Source: an uncultured Chloroflexia bacterium (GTDB taxonomy: Bacteria; Chloroflexota; Limnocylindria; Limnocylindrales; CSP1-4). Taken from it: DNA of 64,000 nucleotides. A model generated the notes under the pieces. It made no database searches and was not told where the DNA came from. It saw nothing but the letters and a program-made list of their open reading frames with translations. Positions 1 to 10,161 of this stretch are shown here, in pieces. Every line of letters starts with the position of its first letter. Position 1 is the first letter of the stretch. The stretch lies in the NCBI GenBank assembly GCA_963720755.1, contig CAVRGP010000006.1, positions 32,001 through 96,000 of the forward strand. The letters run 5' to 3'. The position numbers and the translations under genes were made by a program.

Positions 1-109
1 CGCATGGTAGAGGAGGACGAGCACGATCGCGATCGCGCGCAGTCCTTCCAGGTCCGGCCTGAAGTGACCGGATGGGTCATCGGTGGGTTCCGCGGCGGGC
101 GACGACCAT
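1..109 (-). CDS. Acyltransferase family 3 (OafA/YrhL-like), 5' fragment running off the window; start uncertain
   Basis: Manual translation of 66..1 gives HFRPDLEGLRAIAIVLVLLYHA, the typical N-terminal motif of Acyl_transf_3 proteins. The candidate ATG at 109 is out of frame by one base. Confidence 0.75.
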
Positions 110-170
110 AGGCCGCGAATCGATCGGCCGATCCCCCTGGTGCGTGCCTGCCCGGAGTCTGGGGGTCGCG

Positions 171-1067
171 TCAGGGCCAGCTGACCGTGGCGGTCAGGCC
201 CGTTGTGCCGAACCCGACCTCGGCGTTCTGGAGCACCAGCCGCCAGACACCCGGCGCGACAGGGACCGACTGGTCGACGTTCGTGGATGGGCCCTGGCCG
301 GCGAGCGTCAGGTCGCCGCTCCCGTTCGTCTCGTCGAACAGATCCACCTCGTAGATGAACGGGTGTCCGCCCCAGGCGGCGACGAGGTGGGCGTCACCGT
401 CCGAGCGCGCGGTGAAACGAACCTGGATCCCATTCGTGTCCGGGAACGCCGTCCCGTCGAACCGGGCGTTGGCGATCTTGACCGAGGGGGCGAGCGCCTG
501 GAAGGTGACGCGCAACTTGACGACCGGCGCGAAGATCCCGAGTCCGCGAAGGGAAACGTGCCACGTCGCTCAATTCTGCGATGTTTGGCCGGTGAAGGTG
601 CCTGACGCGAGGTCCTGGCAGGTCACGTCCTTCTTGCCCAGGAGCAGGCACATGTGGGTGAGGCCCTGCGGCGAGATCGAGGTCAGCTTCGCCTTGACCG
701 TGCCCGGTCCGTCACTCTTGAACGTGATCACCCGGTCGAGCCCTGCCGGGTCGTCGGTGGCATCGAGTTTCAGGTCCAGGATGGTCGCCGTCGCGACCGG
801 CACGGGCGGCGGCGTCGGCGACGCACTCACGAGCGGGGTCTCGGAAGGCGCGGCACTCGCCTCGGTCGAGGCGGCCGGGCTCTCGCCGCCGGAGGCGCTT
901 TCGGACGGGGTCACGGACTCGCTGGGCGATCCGGCCGCGATCGGGCTCCCGGTCGCCGTGGCGGTACCTGTGTTCCGACCCATCATCACGAACGCCGTCG
1001 AACCGAGGGCGACGACGATCAGAACGACCAGGACGGCGATGACGTTCCGAAGTGTGCGGTCATTCAT
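171..1067 (-). pseudogene. Membrane-anchored Ser/Pro/Thr-linker protein with beta-rich extracellular domain, interrupted by an in-frame TGA at 570-572
   Basis: ORFs 570..1067 and 171..515 are in the same frame and the reading continues QN*ATWHVSLRG. N-terminal TM helix, then a low-complexity linker. Confidence 0.6.
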
Positions 1068-1301
1068 GGATATCCCTCTTGTCCCGGAATCCTACCTGAC
1101 CACCCGGACACTACGCCTGCGGCGCCGGATCGCGTCACGCGCTGGCGGCTCGGCCCGTCCCATGACCTGACGCCGGGCGATCAAGGCAGGCTGATCGATC
1201 GCCCGGCGTCTCCATGCCCGGATACCCGCGCGACGGCATGTCGGGGTAGACTCGGCCCGGCCATTCGAGCCGATCGGTGACAAAGGGGAGTCAACGCCCG
1301 A

Positions 1302-2657
1302 GTGCACGCCACCCGGATCCGGCCCGACACGAGGCCGACAGACGTTCGCCGCCTGACCGCCGCCGGACTGTCGGCGATCCTTCCGGGCCTCGGCCAGGCG
1401 TTCAATCGTCGTCCATCGCTGGCGGCCCTCTTCCTCATCCCGTCGCTGATCGTGCTCGCCATCGGGCTGATCCTGGTGCAACTCCAGTCGCCGGCGCGAC
1501 TCGCCGCCTGGGTGGTGAACCCATCGATCCTCGGCACCCTCCTGACCCTCAACCTCGTCTTCCTGGTGTGGCGACTCATCGCCGTCGGCCAGGCCTTCCT
1601 CGATACCCGACGGTCGGGTCCGGCCGGTCGCCTGGGGATCGTCGGGATCATCGTCATCGCGCTCGCCGTCGTGATCCCCCACCTCGCCATCTACAGCTAC
1701 GGCACACTCCTCGGCGACACGTTCAAGAGCATCTTCACCGGCGCCGTCCTCGGGGCCACCGACGACCCCAGGGGCGGTGGTTTGCCAGCCCCCGGTGACC
1801 ACGAGCGGATCAACATCCTGCTCATCGGTATCGATTCGCGCGGCACGTACACGGCGAACCTGACCGACACGATGATGGTCGCCTCGATCGACCCGGTCGG
1901 GCACTCCGTCTCACTCGTATCGATCCCGCGTGACCTGGTCGACACGCCGTTAGGCGACGGCAACGTCTTCGGTCCAAAGGTGAATTCCCTGTATTCCTAC
2001 GCCGGGGCCCATCCCGACGAGTTCCCGGCAGGTGGGATGCGAACGCTCCAGAACGCCCTCGGCGCGCTCCTGGGAATCCCGATCCAGTACTACGCCCAGG
2101 TGGATTTCAAGGGCTTCGTCAAGATCGTCAATTCGGTGGGTGGGGTCGATATCGTCGCCCCCCGTTCATTCGACGACCCGACCTACCCCAAATGGGGCCG
2201 CGGCCACCGTGGCTTCTCCATCACCGCCGGGCCGCACCATCTGGATGGCCAGGACGCCCTCGCCTACGCCCGATCGCGCAAGGCCCCCGGCGAAAGCGAC
2301 TTCACGAGACAGGCCCGCCAGCAACAGATCCTGCTCGCGCTCAAGGCGCAGGCAACCAGGGCCGGCAGCCTCCTGTTCCAACTACCGGACCTGCTCGGAG
2401 CCGTGGGCAAGACGGTCCACACGGACGTCCCCGTCGATCGCCTGCCGGACCTCGCGGCGATCGTCGATGAGGTCGGGCGCGACGGGGTGACGAGCGTGGT
2501 CATCCAGGCGCCGCTGGTCCACGGGATCATCGGCCAGTACGGGAGCTCGCAGGAGCCGCGCCTCACCCGGATCCGGGCGATGGCCGCCGCCCTCTTCTCG
2601 ACACCGGGTGAGCCGCCGACGGCATGGCCCACGCCGGAACCGACGCCGAGTTCCTAG
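1302..2657 (+). CDS. LCP (LytR-CpsA-Psr) family glycopolymer transferase
   Basis: Motifs NILLIGID, LTDTMMVAS, VSIPRD, GGVDI, ALAYARSR and DFTRQARQQQ; N-terminal TM helices. Confidence 0.93.
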   Translation: MHATRIRPDTRPTDVRRLTAAGLSAILPGLGQAFNRRPSLAALFLIPSLIVLAIGLILVQLQSPARLAAWVVNPSILGTLLTLNLVFLVWRLIAVGQAFLDTRRSGPAGRLGIVGIIVIALAVVIPHLAIYSYGTLLGDTFKSIFTGAVLGATDDPRGGGLPAPGDHERINILLIGIDSRGTYTANLTDTMMVASIDPVGHSVSLVSIPRDLVDTPLGDGNVFGPKVNSLYSYAGAHPDEFPAGGMRTLQNALGALLGIPIQYYAQVDFKGFVKIVNSVGGVDIVAPRSFDDPTYPKWGRGHRGFSITAGPHHLDGQDALAYARSRKAPGESDFTRQARQQQILLALKAQATRAGSLLFQLPDLLGAVGKTVHTDVPVDRLPDLAAIVDEVGRDGVTSVVIQAPLVHGIIGQYGSSQEPRLTRIRAMAAALFSTPGEPPTAWPTPEPTPSS

Positions 2658-2677
2658 CCCTCAGAACCCCAGGGCGG
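2624..2677 (+). repeat. 54-bp direct repeat, copy 1 (contains LCP stop codon)
   Basis: ATGGCCCACGCCGGAACCGACGCCGAGTTCCTAGCCCTCAGAACCCCAGGGCGG; 52/54 identical to 3022..3075. Confidence 0.95.
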
Positions 2678-2809
2678 GCACCGGTCCTCGCGCCGGTCCC
2701 AGGCGCACGACCCAACGCACGGGCCGCGTGCGCAGGACCTGGCTCGCCGGCCCAGGACCCAGCTCGCCTCTCGGCCGGCTGGCGCACGACCCGTCGCGCG
2801 GACATTACC

Positions 2810-2989
2810 CGGCAGGATTCTCATGCACGGACCGTAATGCCGAGTCGGCCGCCGGCGCGGGCCCCAACGACGGCCGCGCCGGCGGGCCCGACGCACGGAA
2901 TGGGCTGCGACGACCGGTCGCGAGGCGGCATCTGACCAGCCGACCGGGTCGAAACCAGCCATAACGGTCTGGTGGAGGCAATCTTGCCG
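2810..2989. mobile_element. Putative non-autonomous palindromic (MITE/REPIN-like) element A
   Basis: Imperfect 32-bp inverted arms at 2810-2841 and 2958-2989 (21/32). Perfect 12-bp internal stem at 2849-2860/2874-2885. Arms resemble those at 47265-47434. Confidence 0.5.
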
Positions 2990-3021
2990 ACTACCCGTGT
3001 CCGGGCCGGGCTGCCGTCCCG

Positions 3022-3075
3022 ATGGCCCACTCCGGAACCGACGCCGAGTTCCTGGCCCTCAGAACCCCAGGGCGG
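3022..3075 (+). repeat. 54-bp direct repeat, copy 2 (contains rdgB stop codon)
   Basis: 52/54 identical to 2624..2677. Confidence 0.95.
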
Positions 3076-3691
3076 AGAGCCGGCGGACCATCCGGCGGGC
3101 TGCGCGGGCGCGGTGGGAGATCGCGTGCTTCTCGGCCGGGGTCCACAGACCGAGGGTCCGTCCACCGGGCGGCTCGGACGCCGGCTCGAAGATCGGGTCG
3201 TAGCCGAACCCGCCGGTTCCCTTCGGCGCGGTCGAGATCCGGCCGCGACAGGTGCCCCTGGTAAAGACTGGATCGAAACCTCCGCGCGGACCGAGCGCGT
3301 CCGGCATCGCGAGGGCGAGGACACACACGTAGCGAGCGCCGCGCCTGGCCGCCGGGAGCCCGTCAAGGGCGGCGAGCAACCGGCGATTGTTGTCCTCGTC
3401 GGTCGCATCCTCGCCCGCATACCGGCGGGTCCGCACACCTGGCCCGCCGTCGAGGGCGTCCACCTCGATCCCCGAGTCGTCGGCCAGGGTCGGCAGCCCG
3501 CTCGCCCGGACCCCGAACCGGGCCTTGATCGCCGCGTTCGTTTCGAACGTCTCGCCATCCTCGATCGGGTCGCCGGCGATGCCCAGGTCGTCGAGTGAGA
3601 CCAGGTCGGTGTGCTCGAGCGCGAGCAGTTCCCGCAACTCGCGCAGCTTGTGGACGGAGCGCGTCGCGACCAGCAGGCGCCGTCGGGTCAC
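3059..3691 (-). CDS. rdgB: Non-canonical purine NTP pyrophosphatase (RdgB/HAM1)
   Basis: Motifs [37 protein letters not shown] and [10 protein letters not shown]; GTG start overlaps the rph stop. Confidence 0.95.
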   Translation of the reverse strand: MTRRRLLVATRSVHKLRELRELLALEHTDLVSLDDLGIAGDPIEDGETFETNAAIKARFGVRASGLPTLADDSGIEVDALDGGPGVRTRRYAGEDATDEDNNRRLLAALDGLPAARRGARYVCVLALAMPDALGPRGGFDPVFTRGTCRGRISTAPKGTGGFGYDPIFEPASEPPGGRTLGLWTPAEKHAISHRARAARRMVRRLSALGF

Positions 3692-4425
3692 CGTCGGACG
3701 GTTGCCAGGATCGCGGTCTGGGCATCGAACAGGCGGGTCAGGCCGGCATCGGCCAGGTCGAGCAGGCCGTCGCTGGCAGCCCGGTCGAATGGTAGGCCCT
3801 CGGCCGTGCCCTGGAGCTCGACGTAGGCGCCGGCGTCCGTGCCGACCACGTTGAAGTCGACATCGGCGCGCGAATCCTCCGAGTAGTCGAGATCGAGGAG
3901 CGGCACCCCGTCGACCAATCCGACCGAAACGGCGGCCACCTTGCCGACCAGGTGCCGGTCCATGCCGTAGGTGATCAGGGCCGCGGCGAGCGCGACGTAC
4001 CCACCGGTGATCGACGCCGTGCGGGTCCCACCGTCGGCCTGGAGGACGTCGCAATCGACCGTGATCGTCCGCTCGCCGAGCCGGGTGAGGTCCACGGCAT
4101 CGCGCAGCGACCGCCCGATGAGACGCTGGATCTCGTGCGTCCGGCCACCGATCTTGCCGCGCACCGACTCCCGGTCCGTCCGCTCCGCCGTGGCTCGCGG
4201 CAGCATCGAATACTCGGCCGTGACCCAGCCGGTTCCCTTGCCGCGCAGATGGGGCGGCACTCGATCGGCGATCGTGGCCGCGCACAGGACTTCCGTGTCG
4301 CCGACCCTGATCCGGCATGATCCCTCGGCCCATTTCTGGACACCGAGGGTGAAGGTGACGGGTCGGAGGTCGTTGGGTCCGCGCCCGTCGGCCCTGACAG
4401 TGGGCGGCCGATTGCCGATGGTCAT
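3688..4425 (-). CDS. rph: Ribonuclease PH
   Basis: [48 protein letters not shown]; rph-rdgB synteny. Confidence 0.97.
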   Translation of the reverse strand: MTIGNRPPTVRADGRGPNDLRPVTFTLGVQKWAEGSCRIRVGDTEVLCAATIADRVPPHLRGKGTGWVTAEYSMLPRATAERTDRESVRGKIGGRTHEIQRLIGRSLRDAVDLTRLGERTITVDCDVLQADGGTRTASITGGYVALAAALITYGMDRHLVGKVAAVSVGLVDGVPLLDLDYSEDSRADVDFNVVGTDAGAYVELQGTAEGLPFDRAASDGLLDLADAGLTRLFDAQTAILATVRR

Positions 4426-5552
4426 GTGGTCCTCTCCTCAGCCTTGGCGGCATCCCAGAGCGCATCGAGCGCATCGAAGTCGAGATCGCGCAGGGCGACC
4501 CCTTTGGCGGCGGCGGCACGTTCGACGCTGGCGAACCGACGCTTGAACTTGGCATTGGCCGACCTGACCGCGGACTCGGCCTCGATCCCGGACCGTCGGG
4601 CGAGATTGACGAGCACGAACAGCAAGTCTCCGAATTCCTCGGCCCGCGCGCCGTCCGTCGACGCCTGGCGGAATTCCTCCGCCTCCTCGGTCACCTTCTC
4701 GAGCACGCCATCGATCGACGGCCAGTCGTAGCCGAGATTGGCGGCCCGCTCCTGCATCTCCTGGCTGGCCGCCAGCGCCGGCATGGACGGGCTGATCCCG
4801 TCGAGCGCGCCATCCGGCGTCGCGGACGACGCCCGTTCGTCGGCCTTGATCCGCTCCCACTGGCGGTTGACGTCCGACGCGGTGCGAGCCACAGCGTCCC
4901 CGAAGACATGGGGATGGCGCCGGACGATCTTGGACGCGATCGCCGCCTGGACATCGGACAGGTCGAACACGCCGGCCTCAGCCGCCAGTTGGGCGTGCAG
5001 CACGATCTGGAGCCAGAGATCGCCCAGCTCGCCGGCAAGTTCAGGGGTGGCCCCCGCCTCGAGCGCGTCGTAGACCTCGTAGGCTTCCTCGAGCAGGTGC
5101 TTGCGCAACGACGTATGGGTCTGCTCCCGGTCCCACGGGCAGCCGTCGGGGGCGCGGAGCCGAGCCGAGATCCAGGGCATCGCCCACGGACCGGCGACCG
5201 CCAGCTCCGGCGCGACCGGAGCCAGGTACAGGGCCCCCTCGAGCGCTGGCCGATCGAGGGACCCGATGGTCGTCCCGTCCGGCGCCCCGAACCGCCCGAC
5301 CGGATGGTCTGACGGGTACAGGCGGTGGAGCACGTCGATCGGGTCGGCGCCGCGAGGACCCGCTCGACCAGGCAGGGCCGCAGATCCCACCCCGTGGTCG
5401 TCGGCTCGGAGCGATGCGAGCGGCACGATCAGGACCGGGCGCGACGGCTCGATCGGGCTCGCGACGAGGGCCTCCGCGGCGATGACCTGGATGCCTTCCG
5501 CCGGATCGAATCCCCAGCGAAGTCGCGCCTCTGCGACGAGCGCGTCGAGCAC
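4422..5552 (-). CDS. mazG: Nucleoside triphosphate pyrophosphohydrolase MazG with N-terminal extension
   Basis: [37 protein letters not shown]; second MazG domain with EEFGDLLF. Confidence 0.95.
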   Translation of the reverse strand: MLDALVAEARLRWGFDPAEGIQVIAAEALVASPIEPSRPVLIVPLASLRADDHGVGSAALPGRAGPRGADPIDVLHRLYPSDHPVGRFGAPDGTTIGSLDRPALEGALYLAPVAPELAVAGPWAMPWISARLRAPDGCPWDREQTHTSLRKHLLEEAYEVYDALEAGATPELAGELGDLWLQIVLHAQLAAEAGVFDLSDVQAAIASKIVRRHPHVFGDAVARTASDVNRQWERIKADERASSATPDGALDGISPSMPALAASQEMQERAANLGYDWPSIDGVLEKVTEEAEEFRQASTDGARAEEFGDLLFVLVNLARRSGIEAESAVRSANAKFKRRFASVERAAAAKGVALRDLDFDALDALWDAAKAEERTT

Positions 5553-5567
5553 TCGCCCCCTCCTTGC

Positions 5568-7307
5568 CTAGTTGAGCGTGGTGGGTACGGAACTGTCGGC
5601 TCGCTGGATGTCTGCGGCCGCCTTCTTCGCGTCATACCACTTCGTGAACGCGGTCGAGGTCAACTCGTCGAGCTGACGTCCCTCGGGGGTGCGGGTCTCC
5701 TCGGCCGTGACCTTGAACAGGTACGTGCCGTCCCCGGAGACCGCCACCACGTCCGACGTCTGGCCGATCGGGGTGGCGAAGATCGCTGCCGTGAGCTTGT
5801 CGTCGAGCTGACCCTTGGCGACCCACCCGAGGTCGCCGCCGGTGCCGGCGGTGGGCGCCTCCGAATTGTCCCGGGCCAGGATCGCGAAGTCGGCGCCGCT
5901 GTCCGCCTCCTGCTTGAGCATCTGGAAATGGGCCTCGTCGGTCGGGTGGTACATCACCTGGATGACGTGCCAGCCGAAGCCGGACTTGACCGGTTCGAGG
6001 ATCTGCCCGTCCTTGAGGCCGGGCACCAGGATGGCGGCCAGGAAGGCGGCGTCCACCTGGCTCTGGCTGTCGAAGTACGGGAGCTTCCCGCCGGTGCCGG
6101 TCGGGCCTTGCGCCGCGGTCTCGTCGCTCTCGGTCCGGGCGATCGAGTCGAACACCTCCGGGTTCGCCTGCAGTCGCACGTACGCGGCAAGCGCCTGCTG
6201 GCGCGCGATCTCCCAGGCAGGGTCGTCCGCCGAGAGGCTCGAGGCGTTGGTGGGGTCGCCGTTCGGGGAATACAGGATGTGGCGGGTCTTGATCGCATCC
6301 GCGCCGAGATCGGGTGCCGGTTCCTTGGCGTAGATCTCCTGGACCTGGCGCTGTGGAGCCGCGCCGGTCAGGCCGGCGACGAGCTTGGCCTGGAGGTTTG
6401 CATGGATCACGTCCGCGGCGAGGACCTTGCGGTACTGGTCGAGCGTGACGCCGTCGTTGACGAGCGTGGTCTGGTACTGGGCGTCGACCGACTCGGGTGC
6501 GATCTCGGTCACCCGGCCGATCCGATAGGCGCCGTCGGCGCCGACGATGACCGCCGTGGGTTCGTTGACCTTGGCAGCGAAGACCGCCTTGAGGAAGGAC
6601 TCGTCGGACTGCGTCGCGTCCGCCCGAGCCCAACCGAGATCGCCACCCAGCGGTGCGCTGGACGATTCCGTCGATACGGTCTTGGCGACGTCCTCCCAGG
6701 CCTTCCCGGAAGCGAGGTCGGCAAGCGCCGCGTCGGCCTTGGCCCTGGCCTCGTCCGCCTGGGCCTGCGTCGGCTGGACGGCACCAGGATCCGTCACCGG
6801 CTTGACCTCGATCATCCAGATGTGCCGCTCCTCGGGCGTCGTCGCGTCCTTGGTGAACTGGGCATCGATCTCTTCGGGCGTCGCGGTCACGCCCTCCTCG
6901 CCGGCAAGCTGCGACTGGAGGGTCGCATCGATGAGTCGCTCGAGCGAAACGGTCTGGATCTGACCGAGCGCCGAGGTGATCGACTGCTGCTGCTGGGAGC
7001 CCTGCGCCTGGGTCAACTGACCCGCGGCCACGGCCGTCGAGATGCGGCGTCCCGTCTCGGTCAGTCGCCAGCTGTCGACCGCGACGCGGTCGCGCAGGTC
7101 GTCCTTCGTGATCGACTGGCCGTTGACGCTGCCGACCGATGCGAGATGCTCGTTGTAGTAATTCAGCCCGGCCGCGATGAGGAGCATGGCGATGCCGACG
7201 ACAACGACGATCCCGAACCCGATGTTCAGGTAGAAGTTCCGCCGATCCTGGGTCTCCCAAGCGGGCCGGTGGGCGCGCTTGACGACGGGCTTGGCACGAA
7301 AGGTCAT
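5568..7307 (-). CDS. Membrane-anchored parvulin-type peptidylprolyl isomerase (PrsA/SurA-like, several PpiC domains)
   Basis: TM helix and SurA-like N domain; repeated GGDLGW, RHILY and KSGFGWHVI motifs. Alternative start 7328. Confidence 0.88.
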   Translation of the reverse strand: MTFRAKPVVKRAHRPAWETQDRRNFYLNIGFGIVVVVGIAMLLIAAGLNYYNEHLASVGSVNGQSITKDDLRDRVAVDSWRLTETGRRISTAVAAGQLTQAQGSQQQQSITSALGQIQTVSLERLIDATLQSQLAGEEGVTATPEEIDAQFTKDATTPEERHIWMIEVKPVTDPGAVQPTQAQADEARAKADAALADLASGKAWEDVAKTVSTESSSAPLGGDLGWARADATQSDESFLKAVFAAKVNEPTAVIVGADGAYRIGRVTEIAPESVDAQYQTTLVNDGVTLDQYRKVLAADVIHANLQAKLVAGLTGAAPQRQVQEIYAKEPAPDLGADAIKTRHILYSPNGDPTNASSLSADDPAWEIARQQALAAYVRLQANPEVFDSIARTESDETAAQGPTGTGGKLPYFDSQSQVDAAFLAAILVPGLKDGQILEPVKSGFGWHVIQVMYHPTDEAHFQMLKQEADSGADFAILARDNSEAPTAGTGGDLGWVAKGQLDDKLTAAIFATPIGQTSDVVAVSGDGTYLFKVTAEETRTPEGRQLDELTSTAFTKWYDAKKAAADIQRADSSVPTTLN

Positions 7308-7404
7308 GGTGCGGTCGATTCCTGTCACATGGCCGGCAGAGGCCGGGGATGGAGGGCCGCGGTATGGTACACCGAGGCCCCGAAAGGCCGCGACCGCAGC
7401 GTTG

Positions 7405-8581
7405 TCAGTGTTCTCCCGCCCGGGTCAATGACGGGATGATCAGTTCATTCGTGACGCGAGCCGTGGACTTGCCATCCGCGACATCGAACGACGCCTCCCG
7501 GAATCGGGCCACCCGTTCGAGGTCGAAGGCGCCTGCGCGCAGGAACGCCGCCAGCGCCTCGGTCGTCTCGAAGATCGGCCCGGGCACTCCCGTCCGGTAG
7601 TCGAAGTAGAAGCCCCGCTCGCGCTCGTACGTCTCGTAGTCGGGTGCGAAGAAGACCATCGGTCGGTCAAGCAGGGCGAATTCGAAGATCGCGCTGGAGT
7701 AGTCCGTCACGAGGATGTCGCTGACGAGCATCAACTCGTTGATGTCCGGGTAGTCGGACACGTCGATGGCGAAGTCGGCCAGGTCGGGTCCGATGACCGT
7801 CGCGGATCGCACGAACGGATGGAGCCGGACGAGGAGCACGTGGTCGTCGGCCAGGCTCGCCTGCAGGACACCCAGATCCAGGTCGTCGGTCGCGTGGGCG
7901 TTGGTGATCGTGTCGCCCCGGAACGTCGGGGCATACAGGATGATCCGACGGTCCTCGTCCAGTCCGTATCGGGACCGGACCGCGGCCCTCGTCCGCTCGA
8001 GCCGGTCGTCGCCGAACAGGACATCCGTGCGCGGGATCCCCAGGTCGGAGCGGAAGCGGGTCAGCGGCTGGCGGAACGCCTCGGCATAGGCTGGCGCCGA
8101 GGCCTGCGACGCGACGAGGCAGACGTCGTAATTCGAGTGGATCGCGACCCGATCGACCAGCATTCTCGTCGGCTCCGAACGACCGGTCGAGCAGGCTGTA
8201 GCCGACCTTCTTGAACGCGCCGCAGGCATGCCACGTCTGGATGATCGTCGTGCCCGGACGAGGGTGGATGACGTAGATCGCGAAGAAGTAGTCGTCGACG
8301 ATGAAGACGCGCGATGTCGCCAGGTAGTAGCCGGCCGAGACGGCCTGGCCCATCGCGGCCAGCCGGCCCCGGACGCCGCGAGCCGGTCGACGGGCGAGGA
8401 CGACGACCGGGATCGACGGGTGGTTCGCGGTCAGCTCGGCGTGGATGGCGGCGAGGTTCCCGGCGAGACGGGCGGAGTGCGCCGTGGCCAGGACGACCCG
8501 CCGGCGCATGGGCAGGTGCCGGGCCGTGGCGAAGGCGATCCGGACCAGGCCGATCCGGATGGTGAGGACGATGCCACGCAT
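7405..8581 (-). pseudogene. CDP-glycerol/ribitol phosphotransferase (TagB/TagF family), +1 frameshift near 8164 (probable sequence error)
   Basis: QTWHACGAFKKVG in ORF 7667..8662; GIPRTD, ILYAPTFRG, RLHP and LVTDYSSAIFEF in ORF 7405..8229. Confidence 0.88.
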
Positions 8582-8757
8582 CAGGGCAGCAGGCACTCGG
8601 CGACGAACCGGGTTGGGGCGCGTACTGGCATCTGCCTCCCGACGATCCGCGCGTCGCAGCATCCGCCGCGCTCAGTGGCGGATGATAGCCCGGCTGCGAT
8701 CCACCGGTTCATATCGCGTACGCTCTGGCTGACAGCGGTCGCGCACCGGAGGACTCC

Positions 8758-9444
8758 ATGAAGATCGGGATGATCGTGCTCGCCGGGGGCGTCGGGAAGC
8801 GCATCGGGCGACCCGCGCCGAAGCAGTTCCTCCTGCTCGGCGGGAAGCCGCTCATCATCCACGTGCTCGAGAAGGCACGGGTCATCAAGGAGATCGACCG
8901 GGTCGTCATCACCTGTCCGGAGGCATACCTGGAGGAGACCCGGCAGCTCATCGCCAACCACGGATTCGACGACCGCTTCAGCTGCATCGTCGGCGGTGGG
9001 TCGCGCCAGGAGTCGGCGTATCTCGGCCTGCAGCGATTGAGCGAATGCGACTCGGTGATCATCCACGAGGCCGTCCGGCCGCTGGTGACGGTCGACGAGT
9101 TCCGGGCGCTCATCGCCGCCGACGACCCCAATGCGATGTTCGGGATCCCCATCCCGTTCACCGTCCTGCAGGGCCACGACTACGTGGAAGGTCTGCTCGC
9201 ACGCGACGAACTGGTCAATGTCCAGCTCCCGCAAAAGTTCGACCGGGCCCGGCTGGCCGCCGCGCACGAAGCGGCTCGGGCGGACGGGGCGATCTTCACC
9301 GAAGACGCGAGCCTGTTCCACCAGTACGCGAACGAGCCGGTCCGGATCCTGCCCGGGTCGGAACGGAACATCAAGATCACCGTCCCCACCGATATCGTGA
9401 CCGCGGAAGCGATCTACGCCGACTCGATCGGGCGCGTGGGCTGA
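8758..9444 (+). CDS. IspD/TarI-family cytidylyltransferase (likely polyol-phosphate cytidylyltransferase)
   Basis: LAGGVGKRIG..PKQF, GGGSRQES, IHEAVRP, NIKITVPTD; flanked by TagF-like genes. Confidence 0.9.
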   Translation: MKIGMIVLAGGVGKRIGRPAPKQFLLLGGKPLIIHVLEKARVIKEIDRVVITCPEAYLEETRQLIANHGFDDRFSCIVGGGSRQESAYLGLQRLSECDSVIIHEAVRPLVTVDEFRALIAADDPNAMFGIPIPFTVLQGHDYVEGLLARDELVNVQLPQKFDRARLAAAHEAARADGAIFTEDASLFHQYANEPVRILPGSERNIKITVPTDIVTAEAIYADSIGRVG

Positions 9445-9448
9445 CCCG

Positions 9449-10153
9449 ATGGCCAAGGTCTGCGTGATCACCGGGGCCAGCCAGGGCATCGGCCGGGCCG
9501 CCGCGGTTCGGATGAGCCGCGACCCCGATGTCGGCACGCTGGTCCTCATCGCGCGGAACGCCTCGGGCCTCGAGGGAACTCGGGCCGAGATGGGCCAGAC
9601 CGACAAGGCGGTCGAGCTGATCCCCTACGACCTCATGGCTCTTGACGGGATCCCCGCCCTGGTGCGCGGGATCCACGAGGCCCATGGGAGCATCGACGTC
9701 CTGCTCAACATCGCCGGGTACGCCGACCCGCGATCGCTCCTGGACACGGAGATCGACAACATCCAGAAGACGTACACGATCAACGTCTTCGCCATGCTGG
9801 TGCTCATCCGCGAGACGGTCAGGTTCATGTACGACCGGCCGGCAAAGATCCTCAATGTCGCCTCGACCGCCGGGATCACCTCCCGGCCCGGCTGGCTCGC
9901 CTACGCCTCGTCCAAGGCGGCCGTCGTGTCCCTGTCCGCGACCCTGGCCGATGAGCTGGCGGGCAGCGGGATCAAGGTCTACAGCATCTCGCCCGGCCGG
10001 ACGGCCACCGAACTCCGACGCAAGCTCGCGCCGGAGGAGGATCCGTCGTCGATCATGCAGCCGAGCCAGGTCGCCGACGTCATCGCCCAACTCATGAGCG
10101 ACACCGAGGTCACCCTCGACGGTCAGAACATCGTCGTTCGGACCCGGGCCTGA
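9449..10153 (+). CDS. SDR oxidoreductase (candidate ribulose-5-phosphate reductase)
   Basis: TGASQGIG, NVAS and YASSK catalytic motif; follows the TarI-like gene. Confidence 0.85.
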   Translation: MAKVCVITGASQGIGRAAAVRMSRDPDVGTLVLIARNASGLEGTRAEMGQTDKAVELIPYDLMALDGIPALVRGIHEAHGSIDVLLNIAGYADPRSLLDTEIDNIQKTYTINVFAMLVLIRETVRFMYDRPAKILNVASTAGITSRPGWLAYASSKAAVVSLSATLADELAGSGIKVYSISPGRTATELRRKLAPEEDPSSIMQPSQVADVIAQLMSDTEVTLDGQNIVVRTRA

Positions 10154-10161
10154 CCGGACGG

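Noticed and set aside
2624-3075. Prophage/ICE attL-attR pair
   Set aside because: Only 344 bp lie between the repeats, with no integrase or tRNA target. Kept instead as an unexplained duplication.
3059-4555. 498-aa ORF suggesting a long RdgB
   Set aside because: The N-terminal part is an alternative frame over rph; RdgB motifs begin at GTG 3691.
5325-7439. Long antisense ORFs (also 18021..20372, 26447..28426, 35150..37000, 52627..54813, 60346..62133)
   Set aside because: Shadow frames of well-supported genes, expected at ~70% GC; no recognisable motifs.
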